From: an uncultured Clostridia bacterium
GTDB lineage: Bacteria; Bacillota; Clostridia; TANB77; CAG-508
Assembly (NCBI GenBank): GCA_934168305.1
Contig: CAKPNF010000002.1
Span: forward strand, 98,789 to 162,788
Direction of reading: 5' to 3'
DNA: 64,000 nucleotides
Part shown: in pieces, positions 51,363 to 61,217 of the stretch
Numbering within the stretch: the first letter of the stretch is position 1
Layout: every line of letters begins with the position of its first letter
The notes under the pieces: model-generated
The model's input: only the letters and a program-made list of their open reading frames with translations
Databases searched by the model: none
What the model was told of the DNA's origin: nothing
Program-made: the position numbers and the translations under genes

Positions 51363-52364
51363 ATGGCAGTAACATTTGAAAGTTATGAAAGAAGAATAGA
51401 CCAAATAAAGCCAGTAATGGAAAAATACGGAATAAAAGATTTTGAAGATGCATTAAAAATATGCACAGACAAAGGATTCAACCCATACGAAATAGTAAAA
51501 GGAATTCAACCAATATGTTTTGAAAACGCAGCATGGGCATATACATTAGGAGCAGCAATAGCAATAAAAAAAGGATGTAACAAAGCATCAGATGCAGCAA
51601 AAGCAATCGGAGAAGGATTACAAGCATTCTGTATTCCAGGTTCAGTTGCAGATGATAGAAAAGTTGGATTAGGACATGGAAACTTAGCATCAATGCTATT
51701 ATCAGAAGATACAAAATGTTTTGCATTCTTAGCGGGACATGAAAGCTTTGCAGCAGCTGAAGGAGCTATTGGTATAGCAAAATCAGCAAACAAAGTTAGA
51801 AAAGAACCATTAAGAGTAATCTTAAATGGACTTGGAAAAGACGCAGCACAAGTAATATCAAGAATTAACGGATTTACATATGTAAAAACAGACTTTGACT
51901 TCTTCACAGGAAAAGTAAACATAGTAGAAGAAATCAAATATTCAGAAGGTGAAAGAAGCCAAGTTAGATGCTACGGAGCTAACGATGTTAGAGAAGGTGT
52001 AGCAATAATGTGGTTAGAAGATGTTGATGTATCTATTACAGGTAACTCAACAAACCCAACAAGATTCCAACATCCAGTTGCAGGTACATATAAGAAAGAA
52101 AGACTTGAAGCAGGTAAAAAATACTTCTCAGTTGCTTCAGGTGGTGGAACAGGTAGAACATTACATCCAGACAATATGGCTGCTGGACCAGCTTCTTATG
52201 GTATGACAGATACTATGGGAAGAATGCATTCAGATGCTCAATTTGCAGGAAGTTCTTCAGTACCAGCTCATGTTGAAATGATGGGATTAATTGGTATGGG
52301 TAACAACCCTATGGTTGGTGCTTCAGTTGCAGTAGCTGTTGCAGTAGAAGAAGCTATGAAATAA
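51363..52364 (+). CDS. GGGtGRT family protein
   Basis: The literal motif VASGGGTGRTLHP is present. The ~330 aa length fits. Confidence 0.75.
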   Translation: MAVTFESYERRIDQIKPVMEKYGIKDFEDALKICTDKGFNPYEIVKGIQPICFENAAWAYTLGAAIAIKKGCNKASDAAKAIGEGLQAFCIPGSVADDRKVGLGHGNLASMLLSEDTKCFAFLAGHESFAAAEGAIGIAKSANKVRKEPLRVILNGLGKDAAQVISRINGFTYVKTDFDFFTGKVNIVEEIKYSEGERSQVRCYGANDVREGVAIMWLEDVDVSITGNSTNPTRFQHPVAGTYKKERLEAGKKYFSVASGGGTGRTLHPDNMAAGPASYGMTDTMGRMHSDAQFAGSSSVPAHVEMMGLIGMGNNPMVGASVAVAVAVEEAMK

Positions 52365-52380
52365 AAAATGAATTAAAATA

Positions 52381-52575
52381 AATCTTTGAACCATCGGTGA
52401 CGTTCTTAAATTGGTTGAAATTAATGGATTAATTATAATTAAATATAATAAATCTCACTTAATTTCAACCAATTTAAGAACGTCATCGATGGTTCAACTG
52501 TTTCGCAACCAATCTAAGAACATTCCCAATAGTTCAAAAAGAGAGGGATTGAAAGTCCTGGCCCCTCAATCCCTA
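52381..52575. repeat. Family-3 palindromic repeat cluster (GTGACGTTCTTAA / TTAAGAACGTCA arms and a GGGATTGA...TCAATCCC hairpin)
   Basis: A ~40 bp inverted repeat GAACCATCGGTGACGTTCTTAAATTGGTTGAAATT ... AATTTCAACCAATTTAAGAACGTCATCGATGGTTCAA is present. A degenerate third copy is CAACCAATCTAAGAACATTC. The terminal hairpin is GGGATTGAAAGTCCTGGCCCCTCAATCCC. It lies between convergent genes. Confidence 0.7.
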
Positions 52576-52579
52576 TTTT

Positions 52580-53482
52580 TTATTTCTTTTCATCTTTTAT
52601 AACTTCTTTAATGGCACCTAAACTTGAAAGTGCACTAGTTGCTTCAAAAGGAATAAATACTTTGTTGGCTTCACCATCAGCAACTTTTTCTAAAGCTTCT
52701 AAAGATTTTAATTGAACTAATTTATCATCTGGATTTGCATTTTTAATAGCTTCATAAACCATTTGAATTTCTTTAGCTTTAGCTTCAGCAACTTCTTTAA
52801 TAGCTTGTGCTTCACCGGCAGCTCTAGTTATTTTTGCCTCTCTATCAGCTTCTGCTTCTAAAATAGCAGCTTGTTTTTTACCTTCAGCAATTGTTATAGC
52901 AGATTGTCTTTGAGCTTCAGATTCAAGAATTAAAGCTCTTTTATTTCTTTCTGCATTCATTTCCTTTTCCATTGCATCTCTGATATCAGCAGGTGGTGTA
53001 ATATCTTTAATTTCAACTCTATCAACTTTACATCCCCATCTATCAGTAGCTTCATCTAAAACAATTCTTAATTGATTATTGATTCCATCTCTTGAACTAA
53101 ATGTTTCGTCTAGAGACATTTTACCAATTATATCACGAATTGTTGTAATGGCTAAATATTCAATACCTTTCTTTAAACTTTGAATTTCATAAACTGCTTT
53201 TGCAGGATCTGTTATTTGATAGAAAACAACAGTGTCTATTGTTATTGTAACATTATCTTTTGTAATAACTCCTTGAGGTGGAACATCCATTGTTTGTTGT
53301 TTTAAACTTACAACACTTCTAACACGATCAAAGAATGGAATTATAATTGTAAGACCAGCGTCTGCAACTTTATAAAATTTACCTAATCTTTCAATTACAT
53401 ATACCTCAGCTTGTTTAACGATTTTAATTGATTTAAATGCTATAATTAATATTATAACTAATAAAACTAATAAAAACCACAT
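52580..53482 (-). CDS. SPFH/band-7 (stomatin-like) protein
   Basis: An N-terminal TM helix is followed by an SPFH domain (IVKQAEVYVIERLGKF...) and a C-terminal coiled-coil (EAQRQSAITIAEGKKQAAILEAEA). Confidence 0.85.
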   Translation of the reverse strand: MWFLLVLLVIILIIAFKSIKIVKQAEVYVIERLGKFYKVADAGLTIIIPFFDRVRSVVSLKQQTMDVPPQGVITKDNVTITIDTVVFYQITDPAKAVYEIQSLKKGIEYLAITTIRDIIGKMSLDETFSSRDGINNQLRIVLDEATDRWGCKVDRVEIKDITPPADIRDAMEKEMNAERNKRALILESEAQRQSAITIAEGKKQAAILEAEADREAKITRAAGEAQAIKEVAEAKAKEIQMVYEAIKNANPDDKLVQLKSLEALEKVADGEANKVFIPFEATSALSSLGAIKEVIKDEKK

Positions 53483-53525
53483 AAAAATTCCTCCTTTTAT
53501 AATATATATATTAAAATATTAAAAA

Positions 53526-53963
53526 CTAAATTTGAGTTGTTACTTTTACAGATTTTACTATTGCTTTAACACCTTTTATTTGTAAAATTTCTACTTCAGA
53601 ATCTTTTGGAATAATCTCATCATTTTCACTTTCTGCAGACCAAACTTCACCATTGATTTTTATTTGCCCAACAGAATGTGAATTAATTTCCTTTATAACT
53701 AAAGCTTTTTTTCCAATTATAGAAAAAGCATTTGTTTTTGTAGGTTTAACGTCAACAAATTTTTTGACAAAAGGTTTAGTTGCAAATAATAAAATTGAGG
53801 ATGATAATATAAATACAGCTGTTTGAATAATTATATTTGAAGTGAAAAAACTAACAATCATTGCAATTAAAGCACCTACACCAAACCAAAATACTAAAAA
53901 ACCAACTGTAATTATTTCAGCTACAAAAAATAGCCCAGCAATTATTAACCAAACTTGCCACAT
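53526..53963 (-). CDS. NfeD-family membrane protein (stomatin operon partner)
   Basis: An N-terminal TM region is followed by a C-terminal OB-fold-like domain. It sits upstream of the SPFH gene in the same operon. Confidence 0.75.
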   Translation of the reverse strand: MWQVWLIIAGLFFVAEIITVGFLVFWFGVGALIAMIVSFFTSNIIIQTAVFILSSSILLFATKPFVKKFVDVKPTKTNAFSIIGKKALVIKEINSHSVGQIKINGEVWSAESENDEIIPKDSEVEILQIKGVKAIVKSVKVTTQI

Positions 53964-54133
53964 AAAATCATCTCCAGTATTTATAAAATAACTAAATATA
54001 TTATACTATAAAATAATGGAAAAATAAAGTATTTAGAACAAATTTAATTAATTAAGGTTCAAACATTGTTTTTTTTACAAAAAAATGATATATTATAACA
54101 GTAAAAAATATATAATTTTAGGAGAGAAAAATT

Positions 54134-54589
54134 ATGAACATAAGAAAAGAACAAGGAATAACATTAATGGTATTAGTTATAACAATTATTTTATTATTAA
54201 TTATATCAGGAATATCAATAACAGGAACATTAAGAGGACATGAAGAAACAGAAGAAGCTTCAGAAATTTCAGAATTAAACATGATACAACATGCGATTTT
54301 AGAAAGATATACAAAAGCACAATTAACAAAAGAAACTTTACCAGGAACAGATATAAAAAAAGAACAAGTTCAAAATATTATAGATGAAATAAAAAATGAA
54401 TCAAAGGAACAGATATCCTTAAAAGGAACAGAATATAAAAGATTAGATACAACGGATTTAAGTAACTTAGGAATAAAAAAAGAAAAAGATACATTTATAG
54501 TAAATTATAAAACTGGAGAAGTTATTAATGAAACAAAAAAAACAACAAAATCAGGAAAAGCATTATACATTTATGCTAAAAATGAATAA
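54134..54589 (+). CDS. Hypothetical membrane protein with a prepilin-like N-terminus (no Glu at +5)
   Basis: KEQG-ITLMVLVITIILLLII resembles a class III signal peptide / pseudopilin N-terminus but lacks the conserved Glu. The assignment is uncertain. Confidence 0.4.
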   Translation: MNIRKEQGITLMVLVITIILLLIISGISITGTLRGHEETEEASEISELNMIQHAILERYTKAQLTKETLPGTDIKKEQVQNIIDEIKNESKEQISLKGTEYKRLDTTDLSNLGIKKEKDTFIVNYKTGEVINETKKTTKSGKALYIYAKNE

Positions 54590-54609
54590 TAAGAAGGTGA
54601 GTGTAAAAA

Positions 54610-55530
54610 TTGGATAACAGTAATATATTAAAAGGCTTAGAAGAAATTATTTCAAAAGAAAAAATAAAACAAAATGAACCAATGAAAGAACACACTTCAT
54701 TAAAAATAGGAGGCCCAGCTGACTTTTTTATAAAAGTAAACTGCATAGAAGAACTAAAAAATATATTACAATTCAGTAAAAATAATAAAATACCATTAAC
54801 AATAATAGGCAATGGTAGCAATTTATTAGTGAAAGATAAAGGAATAAGAGGAATTGTTTTAAAAGTTGAATTAAAAAATATACAAATAAAAAATGTTGAT
54901 CAAAGAAATGTAGAAATAACAGTTGGAAATGGAATACAGATGGGATTTCTTGCACAAAAATTATTAAAAGAAGAAATTACAGGATTTGAAGAATTATCAG
55001 GAATTCCAGGAACAATAGGTGGAACAGTTATTATGAATGCTGGTGCACACGGAAAAGAAATGAAAGATATAGTAGCTGAAGTTACCACAATAGATTATGA
55101 TGGAAACATACATGTATTTACAAATGAACAATCACAATTTGCATATAGACATAGCAAATTTATAGAAGAAAAATACATAATTTTACAAGTAAAAATATTG
55201 CTAGAAAAAGGAAAAAAAGAAGATATAAAATCTAAAATGGATGAATATGCAAAATACAGAAAAGAAAAACAACCAACAGAATACCCATCTGCAGGAAGTA
55301 CATTCAAAAGAGGAACAGATTTTATAACAGCTAAATTAATAGATGATGCAGGTTTAAAAGGATATTCAATAGGGGGAGCTAAAGTTTCAGAAAAACATGC
55401 AGGTTTTGTAATCAATACAGATAATGCAACTGCACAAGATGTTTTAGATTTGGTTAAATATGTAAAAGACACAATATATAAAAAATTTGGAAAAGAAATA
55501 GAATTAGAAATTAAAATTTTAGGAGAATAG
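54610..55530 (+). CDS. murB: UDP-N-acetylenolpyruvoylglucosamine reductase
   Basis: The FAD-binding domain is TSLKIGGPADFFI...IIGNGSNLLV. The C-terminal MurB domain has SAGSTFKR. It uses a TTG start. Confidence 0.85.
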   Translation: MDNSNILKGLEEIISKEKIKQNEPMKEHTSLKIGGPADFFIKVNCIEELKNILQFSKNNKIPLTIIGNGSNLLVKDKGIRGIVLKVELKNIQIKNVDQRNVEITVGNGIQMGFLAQKLLKEEITGFEELSGIPGTIGGTVIMNAGAHGKEMKDIVAEVTTIDYDGNIHVFTNEQSQFAYRHSKFIEEKYIILQVKILLEKGKKEDIKSKMDEYAKYRKEKQPTEYPSAGSTFKRGTDFITAKLIDDAGLKGYSIGGAKVSEKHAGFVINTDNATAQDVLDLVKYVKDTIYKKFGKEIELEIKILGE

Positions 55531-55532
55531 AA

Positions 55533-57260
55533 ATGAATGGATTTATAAAATGGTTTGACTCAAAAAGTAAATTAAAAAGATGGATGTTTTTAATATTAAT
55601 TGGTGTAATACTAATGTGCTATGGAACAGCTGAAATATTAGTATTAAAAGAAATGTCATTTTCAGAACTAGCAAAAATAGTAGTTATTTTTGTAATTGGT
55701 GTTGTTTCAATAGTATTAGGATTAATATTTTTAAATAAAAGGACACTTGAAATTCTAATTGAATCAACAGATGACAGAATGAATGACAAAAATAATGTAA
55801 ATATAAAATCATTAATATTTAATAAAAAAGTATATCATCAAGGACCTAATATTGTAGTAATTGGAGGAGGAACAGGATTAAATACTGTTCTTTCTGGATT
55901 AAAAAAATATACTGATAATTTAACAGCAATTGTAACAATATCTGATTATGGAGAAATGGAAACAGAATCTAGAAAAGAACTACAAACTATGCCATTAGAT
56001 GACGTAAGAGATAGTATGATAGCATTGGCAAATCAAGATAGACAACTTGGAAAATTGTTAAACTACAAATTTACGGAAGGAAAACTAAGAAATCTAACAT
56101 TTTCAGATATATATTTTAGTGCAATGAAAGATATAAACAAAGATTTTTCTGATTCAATAATGAAAAGCAATGAAGTCCTAAATATAGTTGGAAAAGTTAT
56201 CCCAGTTACATTAGATGAAATGAATATAACAGCAGAGCTTGCAAATGGATATATTGTAACAGAAAAATCTAAAATACCAGAAATGGTATATGAAAAAGTA
56301 ACAAAAATAAATAGAATTTATTTAAACCCAACAAACTGTAGACCTGCACCAGGAGTTATTGAAGCAATAAAAGAAGCTGACTGTATAGTAATTGGACCAG
56401 GAAGTTTATATACAAATGTAATTCCAAACCTTTTAGTAAATGGAGTAGCTAAAGCAATAAAAGAATCAACAGGACTAAAAGTATATATAAGTAATATAAT
56501 GACAGAACCTGGACAAACAGACGAATACAGTGTATCAGACCATTTAAATGCAATTATAGAACATTGTGGAAAAGGAATAGTTGATTATTGTATATATGAT
56601 ACTGGAGAGATTGTACCTGAATTTATAAAAAAATATAATTTAGAAGGACAAGATTTAGTTATTCCTGATGTAGACAAAATAAAAGGAATAACATTTTTAC
56701 AAAGAAATTTATCAATGATTTCAAATGAATGTATTAGACATGATCCAGAATTAGTTGCAGAATCAATAATAGGACTTATATGCGACGATTTGAAATATCA
56801 AGACAAACAAAATGACCCACAATATTTGATGTTGAACAATAAATTAAGAGAAGATAAAAGAATAAATAAAATAAAGAAACAAATGCAGAAAGATGAGAAA
56901 AAAGGCAAAAAGGATAATAAAAATTCTCGTAAAAAAGGAAGCAAATTTAGTAGCAAATATAGTGATAGAATTGAATCAATAAAACAAGCTGATGAAATGA
57001 TAAAGCTAAAAGAGCAAAAAATGAAAAAAGAAGCCAAAAAAGTGAAAAAAACCAAAAAACAAAAAGATGAAAATATTAAGGAAAATGAAGAAATACTAAA
57101 ATTTAGAAAAGAATATGAAGAGACTATTAAACAACCATCAAATAAAGATAAAAAAAGCACAACTTCAATTCCAAAGAGTCAAAGAGGTAGAAAAAGGAGA
57201 ACTCCACAAGAAATAAGAGAAGATATGTTAAAAAAATTAGAGGATAGTAATTTAAAATAA
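55533..57260 (+). CDS. YvcK/CofD-like (UPF0052, gluconeogenesis factor family) protein with two N-terminal TM helices and a long Lys-rich C-terminal tail
   Basis: The core is GPNIVVIGGGTGLNTVLSGLKKYTDNLTAIVTISDYGE. About 60 aa of N-terminal TM helices and about 150 aa of K/E-rich low-complexity C-terminus are extra relative to a canonical ~320 aa YvcK. Confidence 0.7.
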   Translation: MNGFIKWFDSKSKLKRWMFLILIGVILMCYGTAEILVLKEMSFSELAKIVVIFVIGVVSIVLGLIFLNKRTLEILIESTDDRMNDKNNVNIKSLIFNKKVYHQGPNIVVIGGGTGLNTVLSGLKKYTDNLTAIVTISDYGEMETESRKELQTMPLDDVRDSMIALANQDRQLGKLLNYKFTEGKLRNLTFSDIYFSAMKDINKDFSDSIMKSNEVLNIVGKVIPVTLDEMNITAELANGYIVTEKSKIPEMVYEKVTKINRIYLNPTNCRPAPGVIEAIKEADCIVIGPGSLYTNVIPNLLVNGVAKAIKESTGLKVYISNIMTEPGQTDEYSVSDHLNAIIEHCGKGIVDYCIYDTGEIVPEFIKKYNLEGQDLVIPDVDKIKGITFLQRNLSMISNECIRHDPELVAESIIGLICDDLKYQDKQNDPQYLMLNNKLREDKRINKIKKQMQKDEKKGKKDNKNSRKKGSKFSSKYSDRIESIKQADEMIKLKEQKMKKEAKKVKKTKKQKDENIKENEEILKFRKEYEETIKQPSNKDKKSTTSIPKSQRGRKRRTPQEIREDMLKKLEDSNLK

Positions 57261-57288
57261 ATATAATTAATTTATACTGGAGGTAACA

Positions 57289-59310
57289 ATGAAATTTACA
57301 AAAGAAGATTTGAACTTAGAAAATGGATTAACTAAAGAATGGATAATAACAAATGGATTAGGAGGATTTGCAAGTTCTACTATAATTGGTGCAAATACAA
57401 GAAAATACCATGGATTACTAATTGCACCATTAACACCACCTGCAAGAAGATATCTAATTTTATCAAAATTAGATGAAAGCATTCATATTGAAGACAATAA
57501 ATACGATTTATATACAAACATAGGTGAAAATTACATATCACAAGGATACAAATATCAAGTTTCATTTGAAAATGAAACTTTTCCAACATACAAATATGAA
57601 ATTCAAGGAGTTGAAATATCAAAAACAATATGCATGGAAAAGGGAAAAGAAATTGTAGGTGTATATTATAAAATTAAAAACATAAATAAGATATCCAAAT
57701 TAACAATAGCACCGATAGTTAATTTCAGAGATTTTCATACAATGAGTACAGACCATATTTTTAATGTAAAACAAATAATAAATGGAAATAAAGTTAAGTT
57801 AATAATAGATAAAAGAGCAGATTTTCCAGTATATATGAACATATCAGAAGGAAAATATATAAGACACGAAAATGATACATATAAAGATATGTTTTATATA
57901 GAAGAAGAAAAAAGAGGATTTTATCCAAAAGAAAATCATAGCGTTACTGGAGTATATGAAATAGAATTAAAACCAAATGAAGAAAAAAATATTTCGTTTG
58001 TATGTGGTTTTGAAGAAAATATAGAAGAAATAAATCTTAAAGATATATTGAAACAAGAAACACACAGAGAAAATCAATTGATTGAAAAAACAGAATTATT
58101 AAAAAATACAAATGGCATTCCAAAAGAAAAGATAGAACTAATAAAAAAATTAATAAAAGCCTCAGACCAATTTATAGTGTATAGACCATCATTTGGATTA
58201 CATACAATTATAGCAGGATATCCATGGTTTTTAGATTGGGGAAGAGATAGTTTAATATCTTTTGAGGGATTATTATTAAAGACAAAAAGATATGATATAG
58301 CAAGAGAAATAATATTAACAATGACAAGAGACATGAAATATGGACTAGTTCCAAATGGATATTCAGGATTTGACAATAGACCATTATATAATAGTGTTGA
58401 TAGTTCATTACTTTTATTTGAACAAATACAAAAATATATAAATTATACAGGTGATTATGAATTTATAAAAGAAAATATATATAACAAATTAGAAAAAATA
58501 ATAGAAAACTATATAAAAGGAATAGATATTGATAATAACAATATATATTTAGACGAAGATTACCTTATATCATCTGGAACAGAAAATACACAAAATACAT
58601 GGATGGATGCAAAGTGTTATGATATAGCTGCAACACCTCGAAATGGTAAGGCAGTAGAAATAAATAGTTTATGGTATAATGCTTTGATGATAATGGCAGA
58701 TTTGACAGAAAAAATAGGTGAAGAAGAAAATATCAAAAAATATATAACTCTAGCAAGAAAATGTAAAAAAACATTTAATGAAAAATTTTATAATCCAAAA
58801 AGAAAATGTTTGTATGATGTAATAGGAGATAACAAAATAAGACCAAATCAGTTATTTGCTTTAAGTTTAACATATCCTGTAATTGATCCAAACTCAGAAA
58901 AAGCATACAACATAATAAATGTTGTTGAGAAAAAATTATTGAACAATTATGGATTAAAATCATTAGCAAAAGGAGAAACAAATTATATAGAAATATACGA
59001 AGGAGACAGTTTTAAAAGAGACATGAGTTATCATCAAGGAATTACATGGACCTGGCTATTAGGACTATATTATGATTCATTAAAAAATATGATAAAAATG
59101 GAAAAAAGAAAAACATATAAAATAAAACTAGAAGAAAAGTTAGAAACATTTATAGAAAAAGTGACAAAAACATTTGAAAAAGAAGTAAATCAAAGAGGAT
59201 GTATAGGAAATATAGCTGAAATATACGATTCGGCAAAACCATATTTACCAAAAGGAGCAATTGCTCAAGCTTGGAGTGTATCCGAGATATTAAGGATAGT
59301 ATCAAATTAA
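57289..59310 (+). CDS. Amylo-alpha-1,6-glucosidase / glycogen debranching enzyme family protein
   Basis: The N-terminal GDE_N-like region is GLGGFASSTIIGANTRKYHGLL. The C-terminal (alpha/alpha)6 GDE_C-like region has GYPWFLDWGRDSLIS and NTWMDA. Confidence 0.75.
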   Translation: MKFTKEDLNLENGLTKEWIITNGLGGFASSTIIGANTRKYHGLLIAPLTPPARRYLILSKLDESIHIEDNKYDLYTNIGENYISQGYKYQVSFENETFPTYKYEIQGVEISKTICMEKGKEIVGVYYKIKNINKISKLTIAPIVNFRDFHTMSTDHIFNVKQIINGNKVKLIIDKRADFPVYMNISEGKYIRHENDTYKDMFYIEEEKRGFYPKENHSVTGVYEIELKPNEEKNISFVCGFEENIEEINLKDILKQETHRENQLIEKTELLKNTNGIPKEKIELIKKLIKASDQFIVYRPSFGLHTIIAGYPWFLDWGRDSLISFEGLLLKTKRYDIAREIILTMTRDMKYGLVPNGYSGFDNRPLYNSVDSSLLLFEQIQKYINYTGDYEFIKENIYNKLEKIIENYIKGIDIDNNNIYLDEDYLISSGTENTQNTWMDAKCYDIAATPRNGKAVEINSLWYNALMIMADLTEKIGEEENIKKYITLARKCKKTFNEKFYNPKRKCLYDVIGDNKIRPNQLFALSLTYPVIDPNSEKAYNIINVVEKKLLNNYGLKSLAKGETNYIEIYEGDSFKRDMSYHQGITWTWLLGLYYDSLKNMIKMEKRKTYKIKLEEKLETFIEKVTKTFEKEVNQRGCIGNIAEIYDSAKPYLPKGAIAQAWSVSEILRIVSN

Positions 59311-59337
59311 AAACGTCCAAGAAAGGACAAGGATAAA

Positions 59338-60360
59338 ATGACAATAGAAAATTTAGAAAAAGAATTAAAAGAAGGCAAATTAAGCAGTTTATATCTTTTA
59401 TATGGAGAAGAATTGTTTTTAATAGAAAACAATCTAAAAAAAATAAAAACAGTATTTGGCGAATGCGTAAAAGGAATAAACTACATATTAATTGACGAAC
59501 AAAATGTATCAGAAATTATTTCGGATATTGAAACACCAAGTTTTGGATATGAAAAAAAGTTGATTATTGCAAGAAATACTAGATTGTTCAAAAAAGAAGC
59601 AAAGAAAAAATCAGGAGATAGTTCAAAGTTAAAAGATAAAATAACTCAATATATAAATGAAAATATAAAAATAATAAATGAATCTGCTATCTTAGTTTTT
59701 ATTGAAGAAGAAGCTGATAACAAATCAGAACTATATAAAGCTATTGAAAAAAATGGTATAGTATGCAAAGTTGATTTTCAAAAACCTATTCAAATAGAAC
59801 AAAGAATTAAAACTATATGCAATGGATATAAAGTTCAAATAGATTCACAAACAATAAAATATTTTATTGAATGTTGCGGTACTAATATGCAAGACTTGAT
59901 AAATGAAATTAGAAAATTAATTGAATATGCTGGCACAAATGGAACAATAAAAAAAGAAGATATTGATAAATTATCAATAAAAAAATTAGAAAGTGTTATA
60001 TTTGATTTAACAGATGATTTGGGAAAAAAAGATATAACAGGAGCTTTACAAGTTTTAAAAAACTTGATTTATGCAAAAGAACCTTTGGCAAAAATTATGA
60101 TAACATTATACAATCATTTTAAAAAATTATATATAACCAAAATGGCACTAAATACAAATAAAGATTTAGCTTCTAGCCTAAATTTAAAACCAAATCAAAT
60201 GTTTTTAACAACAAAATATAAAGTACAATCTAAGTTTTTTACAGAAAATGATTTAAGAAACATTATACAAGAATTATGTGATTTAGATTATAATTTTAAA
60301 AGTGGAAAAATTGATTTGCAAGTTGGATTAGAAACTGTATTGTGCAGATACTGCTCTTAA
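59338..60360 (+). CDS. holA: DNA polymerase III subunit delta
   Basis: The 340 aa protein starts LYLLYGEELFL and shows the delta-subunit AAA-like pattern. Confidence 0.7.
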   Translation: MTIENLEKELKEGKLSSLYLLYGEELFLIENNLKKIKTVFGECVKGINYILIDEQNVSEIISDIETPSFGYEKKLIIARNTRLFKKEAKKKSGDSSKLKDKITQYINENIKIINESAILVFIEEEADNKSELYKAIEKNGIVCKVDFQKPIQIEQRIKTICNGYKVQIDSQTIKYFIECCGTNMQDLINEIRKLIEYAGTNGTIKKEDIDKLSIKKLESVIFDLTDDLGKKDITGALQVLKNLIYAKEPLAKIMITLYNHFKKLYITKMALNTNKDLASSLNLKPNQMFLTTKYKVQSKFFTENDLRNIIQELCDLDYNFKSGKIDLQVGLETVLCRYCS

Positions 60361-60457
60361 TAACATATTTTTTAAATTAAAAAGTTATAAAAATGTATAA
60401 TAAAACCAAATATTGATAAAAATAAAATAAACATTTTTATTAATAGGTGGTTTTTAT

Positions 60458-61171
60458 ATGTTTAAAAAATTAAAAAGTAAAAAAATATTAACAATAATAT
60501 TAACTGTTATTATTATTGGATTAACATTAATATCAACAATATGCATTTATAAAAAATATAAAGAACAAAATGCTACATTAGAAACATTATCAAAATATGG
60601 ATCAAGAGGAACAGAAGTAACACAGATACAAACTAAATTAAAGAGATGGGGATATTATACAGGAAATATTGATGGAATATATGGAACACAAACAGTGAAT
60701 GCGGTAAAATATTTTCAAAGAAAAAACGGATTAACAGCAGATGGAATAGCAGGGCCAGCAACATTAAAAGCGATGGGAATAATGACATCTTCTTCATCAT
60801 CTAGCAGTTCTTCAAGTTATAATAGTAACCTAAATTTATTATCAAGAGTAATCTACGGAGAATCAAGAGGAGAACCATATACTGGACAAGTTGCAGTTGG
60901 AGCTGTTGTAATGAATAGAGTAAAAAGTAGCTCTTTCCCAAATACAATATCAGGAGTAGTATATCAATCAGGTGCATTTGATGCAGTAAAAGATGGTCAA
61001 ATAAATTTAACACCTGATTCAACAGCAAAAAAAGCAGCACAAGATGCATTAAATGGATGGGACCCTAGTTATGGAGCTATATATTATTTTAATCCTTCAA
61101 CAGCAACAAATAAATGGATTTGGTCTAGACCGATGACAGTTACAATTGGTAAACATAGATTTTGCAAATAG
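60458..61171 (+). CDS. sleB: Spore cortex-lytic enzyme SleB-like (PG-binding domain plus hydrolase_2 domain)
   Basis: The PG_binding_1 domain reads GSRGTEVTQIQTKLKRWGYYTGNIDGIYGTQTVNAVKYFQRKNGLTADGIAGPATL. A poly-Ser linker follows. The hydrolase domain reads LLSRVIYGESRGEPYTGQVAVGAVVMNRV. Confidence 0.8.
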   Translation: MFKKLKSKKILTIILTVIIIGLTLISTICIYKKYKEQNATLETLSKYGSRGTEVTQIQTKLKRWGYYTGNIDGIYGTQTVNAVKYFQRKNGLTADGIAGPATLKAMGIMTSSSSSSSSSSYNSNLNLLSRVIYGESRGEPYTGQVAVGAVVMNRVKSSSFPNTISGVVYQSGAFDAVKDGQINLTPDSTAKKAAQDALNGWDPSYGAIYYFNPSTATNKWIWSRPMTVTIGKHRFCK

Positions 61172-61217
61172 TTAAAACTAAAAACTTTAGAATTTTATAA
61201 TTCTAGAGTTTTTATTA

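Noticed and set aside
54134-54589. A type IV pilin / competence pseudopilin call.
   Set aside because: The N-terminus resembles a prepilin signal but lacks the conserved Glu+5, and no pilus assembly genes are nearby. It is kept as a hypothetical membrane protein.
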